NCBI RefSeq assembly: GCF_006345805.1
Contig: NC_042997.1
Span: forward strand, 29,822,001-29,886,000
From: Octopus sinensis
Lineage: Eukaryota
DNA length: 64,000 bases
Direction of reading: 5' to 3'
In this document: in pieces, positions 25,400 through 38,216 of the stretch
Layout of the letters: each line of letters opens with the position of its first letter
How positions within the stretch are numbered: the stretch's first letter is position 1
The notes under the pieces: generated by a model
Database searches by the model: none
What the model was told of the DNA's origin: nothing
Seen by the model: only the letters and a program-made list of their open reading frames with translations
Made by a program: the position numbers and the translations under genes

Positions 25400-25885
25400 T
25401 TATCTTGCGAGAGTGATGAGCTTGACTCTTGACGGACTTTCAATGCAAAAAACGAAGTCTGCATTGTTAGAGATAAGGGGTTTGCTCCAAGGCATCAAAG
25501 AACGAAAGCCGTTTAGTGGACCCGGGTGGCAGAAGCACAACACGGCCCCAAAACCCACTTCGGTTTTGTCGAATCGGACAGGGTGCGTGTTACTTAATTC
25601 TAAGCACATGTGTAAAACTTTCCAGTGGTACTTCGCTCAAGTGGTTGGGGAAAAGAGTGACCTGAAAATGGAAGTGGACTATATCCCTGCTGCAGCTCAC
25701 AGCCTCGGGAAGAAGAGTTCCGCAAAAAGCCGGTAACAGCTGACAAAATATGATGAGTGAATCCGAGCCCCAAGATGGATAAGTCACCCGGCGTGGGTGC
25801 TCTGCTCTACGAGATATTTCGTCATATGCTACACGATCTCCTGGCAGATGTCTACTGCATTTGGCAGCAGATGGGGGAATCTCAG
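25400..25885 (+). mobile_element. L1/Tx1-like LINE ORF2 fragment (endonuclease-RT linker)
   Basis: LNSKHMCKTFQWYFAQV..KKPVTADKI..MDKSPGVGALLYEIFRHM..DLLADVYCIWQQMG resembles the KSPG.DGLPYE motif preceding RT. Confidence 0.65.
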
Positions 25886-28040
25886 TTGTGCGAAAAACGA
25901 TAATTATTATACTTATGTAATTCTTTAACATTTGGTAGTTTCAGGCAAATTTCTACTGAATCACTGCTGCACATCCGTATTGTTGGGAGTGCACAAATCT
26001 CTTTCCATAAACTTCTTATCCACACACTCATGCTTGCATTATTTATATATTAATATAATTTGAGTGAAAGACGCCGCCACAGATGCGTTTTGTTTTTCTT
26101 TCCACAAAAATCCTGTCTTTTATTAGGCCATCCTGAAATATAATTAAAAGTTCCAAGGGAATTTAATATATACTAGAAACAAAATATCATTAATTTTAAC
26201 ATCTCAACATACTTTCTTTACCCTTGATCTATGAAAGTCATGATCATCTATGCTCTGACGTTGATGAGTGTAGCTGTGCGTAAATATGTATAACTAAATC
26301 TTTCATTTTATTACCGATCCTGCTACTTTATCACTATTCAACGTTATATCATAAACAATATTACTTATATATTGCATGCACAATCTTTTATAACTTGGCT
26401 ACGTTAGTGTCATCATAAAAGGGCATTATTATTAAATTCACCATGAACTATATAATGCAAATTCTCTGTCGTTTCGTTAATACTGTGCTTCATAAAACAA
26501 TCTTATTTTGCTGTGACACTGCAAATGGTCAGATAATGTTATTAAGTGTGCGTAAGAAGCTATTGTATTGACAATTGATACCATTACAAGTCTCCGTGGA
26601 CACTGAATATTCTGAAAATACAGACATACAAATAATTCAATATATGAAGATACTAATGGAATGCAAAATTGCTATAGGTCTTTGAGGACGACAGTAAATG
26701 GACACTTAAAAAAGATAAAAGAAATTTTGCAGCTTTAGACAATGCTGTGAAGATGTCATTGATAGGAATATTATATTTTAGGGCGAATTTTAATATCATT
26801 ATGACCATAAAACAGGGCAATGGCAACATTACAGAAAGTGGTACAAATTACTTTGTGAACTACAATTCCGGTTATACTATGAGTTCAAATCCTGTGTGTT
26901 GAATTTACTACACATCAATCTGGGATCTATGATTGGAAGGAGATGTTAATTACTGACAGCAATTTAATTGACTACTTTGATTGCGGATATGTTATGGACT
27001 ACGTGTCCACCTTATATATCATTAATATTGAAAGGTAACAAGGGGACAGAATAAGTAGGAATTCGGGCTACATCTATTGCGATATGTAGTTATAGAAAAC
27101 AATTTGTTCTTATTTTCCTACTTTCAAATTTCATTACATTCTCCAACTATCAATATGTGCAGAACAAATAAAAATAGTTCTAAGGCAAATATTTGTAGCT
27201 TTGTAATTATTTAAAAAATTTATTATCATAATTACAGTTCTACTTATATGGATAAATTTATAAATAAATGTCATTAATTGAATTGCGATACCGTATTATA
27301 GCCTTGTACATATCAATTGCAATCATCATAGTTTCGACTTTGTTGATTTTGTGGTCTATAAAATAAGTTCTAGAAACGTGCACTATTGAACTATTTCCTG
27401 AGTAAATTATACAAAACATTCTGCAGTGTTAATAATGTACATCTATGCTACTGTGTGATCGGTTTGTATGTGTGAATGCAAATACTCAACTATAAACAGT
27501 TATTAGACGTTACTTTCTTAAGGAAATGCAATCTAACGAGAGTACCCATATGTTATTTTCTTAGCATGCCAGAAATAGCAGTCAAGGCTCCCTAAAATAA
27601 AAATCTCACGCGTGAAAGTCTACACTTTTAACAATGTAGTTTCGAATAAGCTACGTATAATATAAGATCGTATTGTCATCGTTAGATGATATTCGATATC
27701 TTTCAATTCATTTGGGTCCGATGAGGGGGAAAAATAACAATAACAACCATGCCGCCATTGTTATCTAAAAGCATTAGAGATAAATAATTCCTGGTGCTAA
27801 AGAGGGCGCATCTACATTGCCATTCTATCTGCAGGAAATATTAACAGAGATTCTCTCAAAACATTCGAGAGTGTCTTATAGATAATGCAGTTATTAAACA
27901 ATGTTTAAAAAGCACAGTTTGCTCGATCGAGAATGCCAAGAGGCAAAGTAATAATAATAACCTTTCGACAAAGATATTTTATTGATGCACTTGGAAGAAT
28001 GCATCAGACAATTGTCAACAAAATTTGTGAGATTCTTTTA

Positions 28041-28761
28041 TTCTTTTACTTCTTTCAGTCATTTGACTGCAGCCATGCTGGAGCACGGCATTGAAGGGTG
28101 AAAGTCGAAGAAATCGTCTCTAGGGCTTATCTTTTAAGCCTAGTACGAATTCTATCGGTCTTTTTAACTGCACCGCTAAGCTACAGGGGACACACACAGA
28201 CACAAAGACAGACACACATATATATATATATAATATTAAGGAGTATAACTCCAAACGTACAGGGAAAGATTCAATTTAGTATTAAATCAAATTTCACAAT
28301 ATAAATATATAATATATATAAATTAGAGAAAAACCACTATTATGTAATTCAAACAATTATAGATGTAAACCAAAACGTAAAGGAAAAATAGAATATATTA
28401 TAAAACATATAACTAGATCACAGCAAGTACAAATGAATAAACAATATATAATAAGTAAACAATATTCATTCTTTGTACTTTTTGTGATCTAGTTATATGT
28501 TTTATAATATATTTTATTTTTTCTTTATGTTTTGGTTTATGTCTATCATTGTTTGAATTACATAATAGTGTTTTTTCCCTAATTGGTATATATATATATA
28601 TATTGAATGGGCTTTTTCAGTTTTCGTCTACCAAATCGACTCACTTTGGTCTCTCCGAGGCTATAGTAGAAAACCCTTGCCGACAGTGCCACACAGTGGG
28701 ACTGAACCTGGAACCACGTGGCTGAGAAGCAAGCGAGTTACCACACAGGCACTCCTACGCC
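28041..28761 (-). mobile_element. SINE family B interrupted at its internal (TA)n by a fold-back element
   Basis: The head at 28610-28761 and the 3' half at 28041-28205 are both collinear with 54449-54852; the insert is 28233-28584. Confidence 0.8.
28233..28584. mobile_element. Fold-back element of the GAGACAAAACCACTATT tail family
   Basis: Leader atattaaggagtataactccaaacgtacaggg, then inverted arms at about 28321-28438 and 28464-28584. Confidence 0.8.
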
Positions 28762-28779
28762 TACAAAATATTTGTTTCA

Positions 28780-28968
28780 AAGTTCGGCACAAGGTCAACA
28801 TTTTGGGGGAAGGAGATAAGTCAATTACAACGATCCTAGTACTTACTTTATCGTCCCCTAAAAAGAGGGAAGAGAAAGTCAACTTCGACGGAATTTGAAC
28901 TCAGAGAGTAAAAATAGATGAAATACCGCTAAGCATTATGCTCGGAGTGCTAACTATTCTGTCAACTT
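28780..28968 (-). mobile_element. SINE family A
   Basis: aaagtcaacttcgacggaatttgaactcaga core, with a ggcacaagg-type tail. Confidence 0.75.
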
Positions 28969-30064
28969 GTAGTAAAAACTTCCAGAATATTTCGTCTTAC
29001 ATTAAAATCTGTCAATAGCTAATTTTTTTATTAATTCAGCGACTAAATATTCTTGGAGCAGGCATAGGGTCATGATTAAGAAGTTTGTTTTGTCATAAGG
29101 TGACAATTTATATTCTGCAGCACGATAGTATGAGCAAGTGTTTTGTAGCAGCATCGGTTGAATAATGCCTAGCGAGAGGAATTTATTAAACGGAAGCAAT
29201 GCAGAAGCCTTTTGGATATGGATGTCTAAATATAGGAAACTATAGGCATGTGTAATTTGTCTCGCTTTGGAATTAAGAGCCACTGTGGAATTTTCTACAG
29301 CTTGCGATGAGGATCGAACTCAGAGGAGGAGTTATTATATAATAAAGCATCGATAAAATTGCAGCGCATATATACATGTATATATAAATATAGATGTGTG
29401 CGTGTGTGTGCGGGTGTGTGTGTATGCATGTCATTGTTCCATTTTATTTCAAGATTTCTTGCCCATAGAGAAAAAGCGATTTCTAACTCATCTAATTCAT
29501 TGAAATTTCAACATCAACAACAGGATTTTTTGTTTGTTTGTTTGTACATATGTATATGGGCAGAAACATTTAAATGATGGGCTTCTGGAAAGTTTTACAT
29601 ATTTTTACACTTCCAGTGATAGATTTGATCTGTAGACTTCCAAAATAGCTTTCTCATTTCTGATTTTGAGAAGCCTAATTTCTCAGTATGTATGTATATA
29701 CTGACGTGACTCCATATATTTTTTTTTCATAACCTATATAGAAATCGCACTATATAATTTGTTTTCTGAACGTAACTTATTTTATTTTGTAAATGTAATA
29801 TGTCGAAGTACATTTTATTTACGTTGTAGCAAATAGTATTCCTCAATATCACTAATAATATTTGGACAGAAAATAAGTGAATCCTGACAAGCTGAAAAGT
29901 ACAAGAAAACCAATTGCTTTGCTCAACATTCTGATCTTCAAACCGAAAAATTTCATGGATTTGCAAGAAGCTTAAATAAGCATGGGTATAAGTTTTTTCA
30001 TATTCATGTGTATTCATATTCGAGAAATTAAATACTCAATAAGCATATACACATATAATTAAGA

Positions 30065-30094
<30 letters not shown>

Positions 30095-30098
<4 letters not shown>

Positions 30099-30262
30099 GT
30101 AAATTAATATGTGACAAATATTCAATAGTCAAGATAAAACCTTCGGCATCCGAAACTCAGGGCTTTATCTTGACCATTGAATATTTGTCACATATTAATT
30201 TACAGATAAATTTCCTCTATTTACATGATATTGAGGTCTCTTTCTTTCTTTTGTTATCTTAC
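30095..30262. repeat. Fold-back element between (TA)n tracts: 44-bp inverted arms (1 mismatch) plus a one-sided extension
   Basis: atctgtaaattaatatgtgacaaatattcaatagtcaagataaa (30095-30138) against its reverse complement at 30164-30207. Confidence 0.9.
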
Positions 30263-30270
30263 CGTTTTTA

Positions 30271-30337
<67 letters not shown>

Positions 30338-30836
30338 CCACAAAAATGAAGAGATATGACAGGTGAATATATTTAACCATTTGTTTTAATATGCGGACTA
30401 AGCATTATAAAATACTGTTGTATATTTACAAATCATTGCACAGAAAGAGACCTGGAACATCAATTCTCTAGAACATCATGGTTATACTAAAGGTGTGAGT
30501 TGAAGCCTTGGTTTAACCATGATGTTCTACTGATCCAAAGAGCTAGTGTTTTTGTTTTATCTGCACTGATTTGTAAAGATACAATTGCATCATATATGTA
30601 AATTTTAGACATTTAACTTATTTTGTTCAACAAATGCGTTTAAAGGCAAAGTACGTTTTATATACTATGGTAATGTTGAAATGGAATTAAACAGAATATA
30701 CGTAATCAAATTTAAGATTTAAATTCAAATTCTAACCCAATGTTTCAGTCCAAAAGATTTTTCTAATCTTTCTCCCTATCTATCTATATATCTATCTATC
30801 TCTGTGTATGGATGTATATGAGGATATATATACTTA

Positions 30837-30917
<81 letters not shown>

Positions 30918-30942
30918 GTACTTATATATGTATATATATATG

Positions 30943-30994
<52 letters not shown>

Positions 30995-31654
30995 ATATAT
31001 ATATATATATATAATGTTCCAAGTATTTTACAGAAGCCACTAGTAATAGTGAACGAATATACATTAATATGAAAAAACAGTACAATGACTAAAACAACCA
31101 CAACAAAATGTCGATATACAAACAAAATAAATTATACATATACAAACATGATAAGGTCGTAGGCTCTACGACGGACAAATATTGAGTAACACAAAGAACT
31201 GCTCTCCTGTACGACTGGAAACGAGAAAGAGGCAGAGGGAGAGATGAAAAAAATAAACCGTATAGAATGTGGTGAAAGAGATTAGAAAAAGTCATTCGTT
31301 TCAATCACTGGATATAATCTCAACTTTGATTGTGAACAGGTAATCCTTAACTGCATTTAAATATCAACAGAGTACTGCCATCTCCATTTGAACATTGCAT
31401 TGACTTTAAATACACATACTGAACAAAATAGGTTAAATGCTTAAAACTCAACTGACAAAATTCTAACGGTGACATGCACTACATACTAAGTAAACAGCAG
31501 ATTGACTCTTTATCCTGCAATAATTCAAACATTTGACACTTCTTCAATATTTTTTTGTGAAGCCCTTAGACAGACATTCCATTTATTTTAGTGTATATAT
31601 ATAAATCTGCAATTTATGATTTTGTAATTTATGTTTAACACCTTTCATATAATT

Positions 31655-32112
<458 letters not shown>

Positions 32113-33043
32113 GGTGAATTGAAGAAATGGAGCTGAACGCAGATTGAACAGAAATTGTTTATTTCATTCTACACGTGTTTCGAAAGGCACAAATTACCAA
32201 AATCCGATTGAATAATGGGACCATATTGTGTCTTTCTCTTCAGGAAGAAAAAAGGAAATCCGTTGGAAAAACAGAACAGAGGCGGAGCAAAAAACAAATC
32301 GAACTGTGCTCCTAAGAGCCCATGGTGAAACTGTTTATCAATGTATGTTGAGAACCGGTGGCTGAAGAATTCAACGGGTCAGGCATCGGTCAATCATGTG
32401 GGTGAGGGTGTATAGATGTTCTTTGTGACCGAGAATAAAGTTCTGACTATTTAAGGAATATTGGATGTTTTATAAGGGGCGAGAAAAAATCTACCTAGAG
32501 ACGTGTGTGTGTGTATACTGTTCTATATATGTGTGTGTTGGCGTAGGGGTAGAAAACATTTTTTGTGTACGTGTGTGCGTTTGATCGTTCGGCTGTCAGT
32601 GGCTACTGCCGTGATAACCGTTGGGTGGCAGAAAGAAAAAAATAAAAAAAATATATATATATTATGTTTTATGTGTGTGTGTGTTCATCTAAGCCTGCCT
32701 TGTCAAGGAAACCCCCCGCTGTGAAAAAACCAAGCCCCGTTTGTCTTACAGGAGTAATTCCCCTTGCAGTGGTTAATCGTAGATATCTTAAAGGCTATTT
32801 CAGAATTTGTTACCAAGGGCTATGGGTGCCGGTATTATTTATAAACGCTATTTAAAGGCCAGATAAGTGTAACGCCGCCAATGGGGGCATCGAAAAGCCG
32901 ACTGTAAGAGCCCGTTTACCATCCGGCCTCTGGCAAACAAAATATGGAAGAGTTCGGAGACACAAAGGTTGCACTGTCTTCTGCCCCTATCAAATGGTTA
33001 AACTTTTGATTAATCTACTACAAGATTATTCATCTTTCTATTT

Positions 33044-33045
<2 letters not shown>
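32113..33045 (-). mobile_element. Penelope-like remnant with 3' pLTR and hammerhead, between (TA)n tracts
   Basis: The minus strand has a linker-like KISTINHCKGNYSCKTN, a TL.PHG.N-like C-terminal remnant near 32390-32430, then an intact hammerhead before the TA tract. Confidence 0.6.
32162..32251 (-). ncRNA. Type I hammerhead ribozyme, canonical core
   Basis: UUUUCUUC-CUGAAGA-GAAAGACACAA..UUGUGCCUUUC-GAAAC-ACGU-GUA/GAAUGAAA. Stem II has 10 of 11 pairs, stem III is the palindrome ACACGUGU, and stem I has 7 of 8 pairs. Confidence 0.85.
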
Positions 33046-33098
<53 letters not shown>

Positions 33099-33802
33099 AA
33101 TTTGTGATCTTGTAATTTATGTTTAACACTTTTCATATAATACTTTCATATAATTCTATTTCACTTGATGTTATTTTAACTCTTTTGATATTAAATTGCA
33201 TTAAATTGCCTTGTTTCTATGATAAAAAACTTATTTTAAATTGATCTAATCATATTGATTTACTTTATAAAAATCAGCAAAATAATAATACGTATTTTGT
33301 TTTTTTACTAAATGTATCATTATGTTCAGAAATATTTTAAACAAAGGCAGTGTATTATTCTCGAATTATAGCAAGACAACTGGTGTCATTTTATCTTATT
33401 TTGAACATTTATCATATTTCCTTGTTGTTTACGTCTGTAATTCTTTTTACATATTCTGAACTATTTTATATTTTAACATAGTAATTTAAATCGATGTTCA
33501 TTTCTACCATTCTCTAACTGTCAATTACTTATCCTCCCACAGTAAGCAAAGTACTGGGCTTATGACTAATATTGATACGTGGTCTCTATTGATATTCATT
33601 TGAAATTGCAGCAAAACGCAGTCTTCAATTCTCTTTTCTATTTTAAATCAATTATATATTTCGTCTTAGGTTCTATATTGCTTTATTGTAACAACCTGCG
33701 TGTTATGCGCTGCAATTTTATCGACGCTTTATTATATAATATCTCCTCCTCTGATGTAAGTGTGAGCGTTTGCGCGTTTGTGTGAGTCTGTGAGTATGTA
33801 TA

Positions 33803-34030
33803 TCTTTACTACCCACAAGGGGCTAAACATAGAGGGGACAAACAAGGACAGACAAACGGATTAAGTCGATTACATCGACCCCAGTGCGTAACTGGTACTT
33901 AATTTATCGATCCCGAAAGGATGAAAGGCAAAGTCGACCTCGACGGAATTTGAACTGAGAACGCAGCGGCGGAGGAAATACCGCAAAGCATTTCGCCCGG
34001 CGTGGTAACCACTCTGCCAGCTCGCCGCCT
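33803..34030 (-). mobile_element. SINE family A, full length
   Basis: Complete head-core-tail match to 60537-60766. Confidence 0.9.
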
Positions 34031-34064
34031 CCCCTTTGAGTATGTGAGTCTGAGTATGTGTATA

Positions 34065-34095
<31 letters not shown>

Positions 34096-35427
34096 ACGTG
34101 TGTATGTATATGGTTGTGGGTGTTTCTATGTGTATGTCATGGGAAGTTGACTTTGAACAATGTAAAATGAACAAAAATAAATATTTGAAAGCAACTCGTT
34201 AAATTGTACCTTCGAACAGAACTCTCCTGAGTAACTGACGAAGCACTGCATGGATTGGTATTTTGGGGTGGGGGTTATAAATGCCAACTCTGTAGAAGTA
34301 GCAAACCGGTGATAGTCTCGTTAGAAACATGGAACCAACTACGGTATTGTGCTCAAACCTAACAGCAAAAAACAAATTGAAGTGGATAAGAGAATTTATA
34401 TTCGAAAGATTAATATTAGGCATAGCCCATGAAGCCAATAGAATGCCAATCACTTTGGCATAGCACTTTTTCTTAACAAAGAAGATATATACTTATCTAT
34501 GGTAACAACATGTAACAAACTGTACACGGCGGAGAAATTTAATTATCTTCGCAGTAGACACATTGCTGTTCAGATATTAAGAACGAAAGTGAAAGTTTTC
34601 ATATGGGTATTCGATCTCCATAACTGGAGTGGTAGCATATTAGCAGAGAGCTTATTCAGATGTGTGTCTGTGTATATATATACACATAGCACATTATATG
34701 TATATAAGTCTGTATGCATGTAAGTATGTATGTTTATAGAGAGAGGGAGGAAGAGAAAGATAAAGAGAGAAGGATTGAGTGAAAAAAGTATGGATAGAGA
34801 AAGAGCGGGAAAGATAGAGAGTTGAGTACCCGTAAAGACATATAAACAAATTCAGAAAATAAAATATGGCCAGGTCCATGCTTCCATTATCATTATTAGC
34901 AAATGCACCCATCTACGATGGCGGCATAAAGTGAGGAAGGGAAGTAATGAGAGCAATATGTATTAATAAATGCGTAAATGGACTTGATAGATTACTGGGT
35001 GATATCATAGAGAAATCATATTGTTGGTGATACAGCATTTTATTGCAGCTATATGACATATGTTTGAGACCAAGTGATATGTGATGACGATTCACTCTCG
35101 AAATGAAATAGGCTCCCAGTCTCTCTATCAGGAAATGTTTTGTGGACCTCTCCCATCGAAAGCCAGAGCTTTCTTCGACCACTACATAAAAAGTATTAAG
35201 AAAAAATGCTATTTCGTTATACTTTAATTTAGTTGTTTACACTATTTTAAGCTTGTTCATACTCTTATACATTCAAAGATCACAAATTTCCATATTTAAA
35301 TTATGAATCATATTCTTTCAATTATATGTTGACACACTGCGAGTGTCAACATGTAATTTTTCATTTGGATTAAAGCAATGTAACATGTTATCTAAAATAG
35401 TATTTCTAAAGTCAACTATAGTAAATA

Positions 35428-35680
35428 CATTTTATACCACCACGACGTCGCATTTGGAATATGTGTGTGTGTATCTGAGTGTGTGTGTTTGTGCGTTCGT
35501 TACATACAACATAGTAAAGTACATTTTATACCACAAAGACGACGACGACGACCACACATCTTTTATATGAGTTTGTATGTGTCTCTGAGTGTGTGACCGT
35601 CTGCGCGTTCGTTACGTATGTGATAATAAAGAACATTTTATACCACCACCACCACGAGACATTTTGTATATGTGTGTTTA
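35428..35680. repeat. Three diverged tandem units of about 94-112 bp starting cattttatacca
   Basis: Unit starts at 35428, 35522 and 35634, with a shared gcgttcgttac motif. Confidence 0.7.
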
Positions 35681-35779
35681 TGTGTTTTTGCGCGTATTTA
35701 CCTAAATATATGTCAGTGCATGTCCATATTAGTATATGTATGTGAGAATGTATGTGTTAGCGTATGTGAGAGTGTATGT

Positions 35780-36180
35780 GTGATTGTCAATTACACTGAT
35801 GTAAAATGGTTATGTGAAAGAGCTATACTGGCTCCAATTAATGAAATAATTGAGAAACTCAATCATGAGCTTCTTCAAAAGTTAACAAATAAGTCAGAAA
35901 TGACTTTTCCATCAATTCACACAACAGTCGATCAAGATCAGATTGTTCAATACCACGTTCAATTTCTGAACTCACTTAAACCCACTGAGATACCCCCACA
36001 TAACTTGACATTCCCATTATGTTGCTTAGGAATCTTGACCCACCTCGCTTGTGTAATGGAACCCAGTTAGTTGTTACTTCCATGGAGCCCCGTGTCCTAC
36101 AGGCAGCAATCATAACAGGTAGTCACAAAGAAGAAAATGTCTTTATTCCAAAATTTTCTCTCATACCTACAGATACTCCA
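35780..36180 (+). mobile_element. Helitron RepHel PIF1-family helicase fragment (frameshifted)
   Basis: WLCERAILAPINE..FLNSLKPTEIPPHNLT/PIMLLRNLDPPRLCNGTQLVVTSMEPRVLQAAIITGSHKEENVFIPKFSLIPTD. Confidence 0.9.
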
Positions 36181-36577
36181 GCTACGACTAGCAACTAAAG
36201 AAAGTATACAACCACTATATCGCTCCACCACCGCTCATGTCTCTCTGAGACATTTAGAAATTCAATATTTCTAATTTCGGTGATCAGTAAATATATTTTA
36301 CTGATAATATGATATATTTGCGAAGGGGTCGCAGTCATCTCAGCGAGCGAGACTGGCTACCCTGGACTGATGGCGAGCAATACACTCAGAAATATATGTT
36401 TTCAGGTGCTAGTCCCAGCTGGCGGGGGTGATTGCCTCCACTTTGCAAATATAAGGACACGGAAAATGTGTCAAAGCCGAGAGGAAAGGCCGAATTTTCC
36501 TAGGGCTAAATGGCGGTGGTGTAATTCCCTTACGGGACTGTCACGTGCCTTAACAGTACGCAACCACTATATATATA

Positions 36578-36616
<39 letters not shown>

Positions 36617-36640
36617 ATATATATTATATATATATTTATA

Positions 36641-36847
36641 TAGTTAATCCAAACAAGAAAAACAAAAAAAAACAAAAAACACAACACGCGAGGACGTGGA
36701 ACAAATAAAGTATTATTGGATGCTCAGGAAAGAAGGGAAGAAGGAGGGTTTAACGTTTCGAGCGGAGCTCTTCGTCGGAAACATAGGAGAAGGAAAGATC
36801 GCGAGAACGGAAGACAGAGGAAAAAATCGCCAGCGGTACTCACGAGG

Positions 36848-36849
<2 letters not shown>
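36641..36849 (-). mobile_element. Short PLE-type 3' end between (TA)n tracts
   Basis: Contains a minimal hammerhead; TA tracts at 36568-36640 and 36849-36905. Confidence 0.6.
36748..36782 (-). ncRNA. Minimal hammerhead, CCGACGA core variant
   Basis: GUUU-CCGACGA-A-GAGC UCC GCUC-GAAAC-GUU/AAAC; stem III can form only as an ACGU dimer. Confidence 0.55.
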
Positions 36850-36916
<67 letters not shown>

Positions 36917-37624
36917 CGTATATATATCAGCTAAAAAGCAGGTTAAAAAATCTCTCTAATAGACGATCGCAGTAGTTATACTAGCAAGTAATGTTTTGCA
37001 GCCACTTTAACATTGTTGTTCCGTACGGACGGACTATACTGCATTTTTTTAAAATCCAAACAAGACATCTCCCCTAGCTGGTTAACGATACACAGCTGCA
37101 TCTGATACATTGCGAGGAGGAAGACGACGACGAAACAAATATCTCAAAATGCTGTTGCTGACGCCATCGTGATTTTTTCGAATCCAGAAATCCAGAAACG
37201 TTAAGGTGGAATTATCGGAATAAACATCAATAACAGATGAATAAATACAAGTATGCCACAAAAGACTTGTTTGTATTATTAGCATGCATTAGGGTAAATA
37301 ATTTGAGATGTGCCCTTTTTATTTTGATAGCTGCTGAGTTAGATACGCTGCGAGTGAGAGAAGCTGAGAGAGAAGAGGAAGGAATGATGGTGGGGAATCA
37401 TACATATTAATTTATAAGAGATATTTAACATTTTATACATGATATTTTTAGAATTCATAACGATAATTTTTAGTTTATTGTTCAATACAATAACGGAAAT
37501 GAAATATAAATCTAGATTATACGAAATTGTTTGCATTTGTAAAGAGTGGAAATAATATTTATACAGTCTTTTATTTTACTACACACTTTAATATTACAAT
37601 CAAAATTAATAAATAATGATTTCA

Positions 37625-38216
37625 AATTTTGGCACAAGGCCAGCAGTTTCGAGGGTGGGGGCTAAGTCGATTGCATATTTAATCTACCTCGAAAGGATGC
37701 AAGGCAAAGTCGACCTCGGCAGAATTTGAACTCAGAATGTAAAGGCGGACGAAATGCTGTTGAGCATTTTGCCTGTTGTGCTAACGATTAGAGTAACTCG
37801 TCACTTTAGAATAAATAAATATTTCTTTCTACTATAGGCACAAGGCCTGAAATTTTAGTGGGGTGTAAGTCATTATATCGACTCAAGTGCTTAACTAGTA
37901 CTTCTTTTATTGATCCTAGAAAGGATGAAAGGCAAAGTCGACCACGGCGGAATTTGAACTCAGAACGTAAAAACGAACGAAATACCTATTTCTTTATTAC
38001 CCACAAGGGGCTAAACACAGAGGGGACAAACAAGGACAGACATAGGTATTAAGTCGATTACATCGACCCCAGTGCGTAACTGGTACTTAATTTATCGACC
38101 CCGAAATGATGAAAGGCAAAGTCGACCTCGGCGGAATTTGAACTCACAACGTAACGCAGACGAAATACCGCTAATCATTTCATCCGGCATGCTAACGATT
38201 CTGCCCCAGCTCGACG
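37625..38216 (-). mobile_element. Three consecutive copies of SINE family A
   Basis: Three ggatgaaaggcaaagtcgacc.cggc.gaatttgaactca cores near 37695, 37920 and 38105. Confidence 0.85.

Noticed and set aside
26050-26132. Good minus-strand splice acceptor followed by (G)WPNKRQDFCGKKNKTHLWRRLSLKLY*
   Set aside because: No recognisable homology and no supporting neighbouring exon; acceptor-like sequences are common in AT-rich DNA.
37082-37285. 67-aa minus-strand ORF and an internal ATGGCG start-like context
   Set aside because: The ATGGCG frame closes after seven codons and the longer ORF has no recognisable homology.
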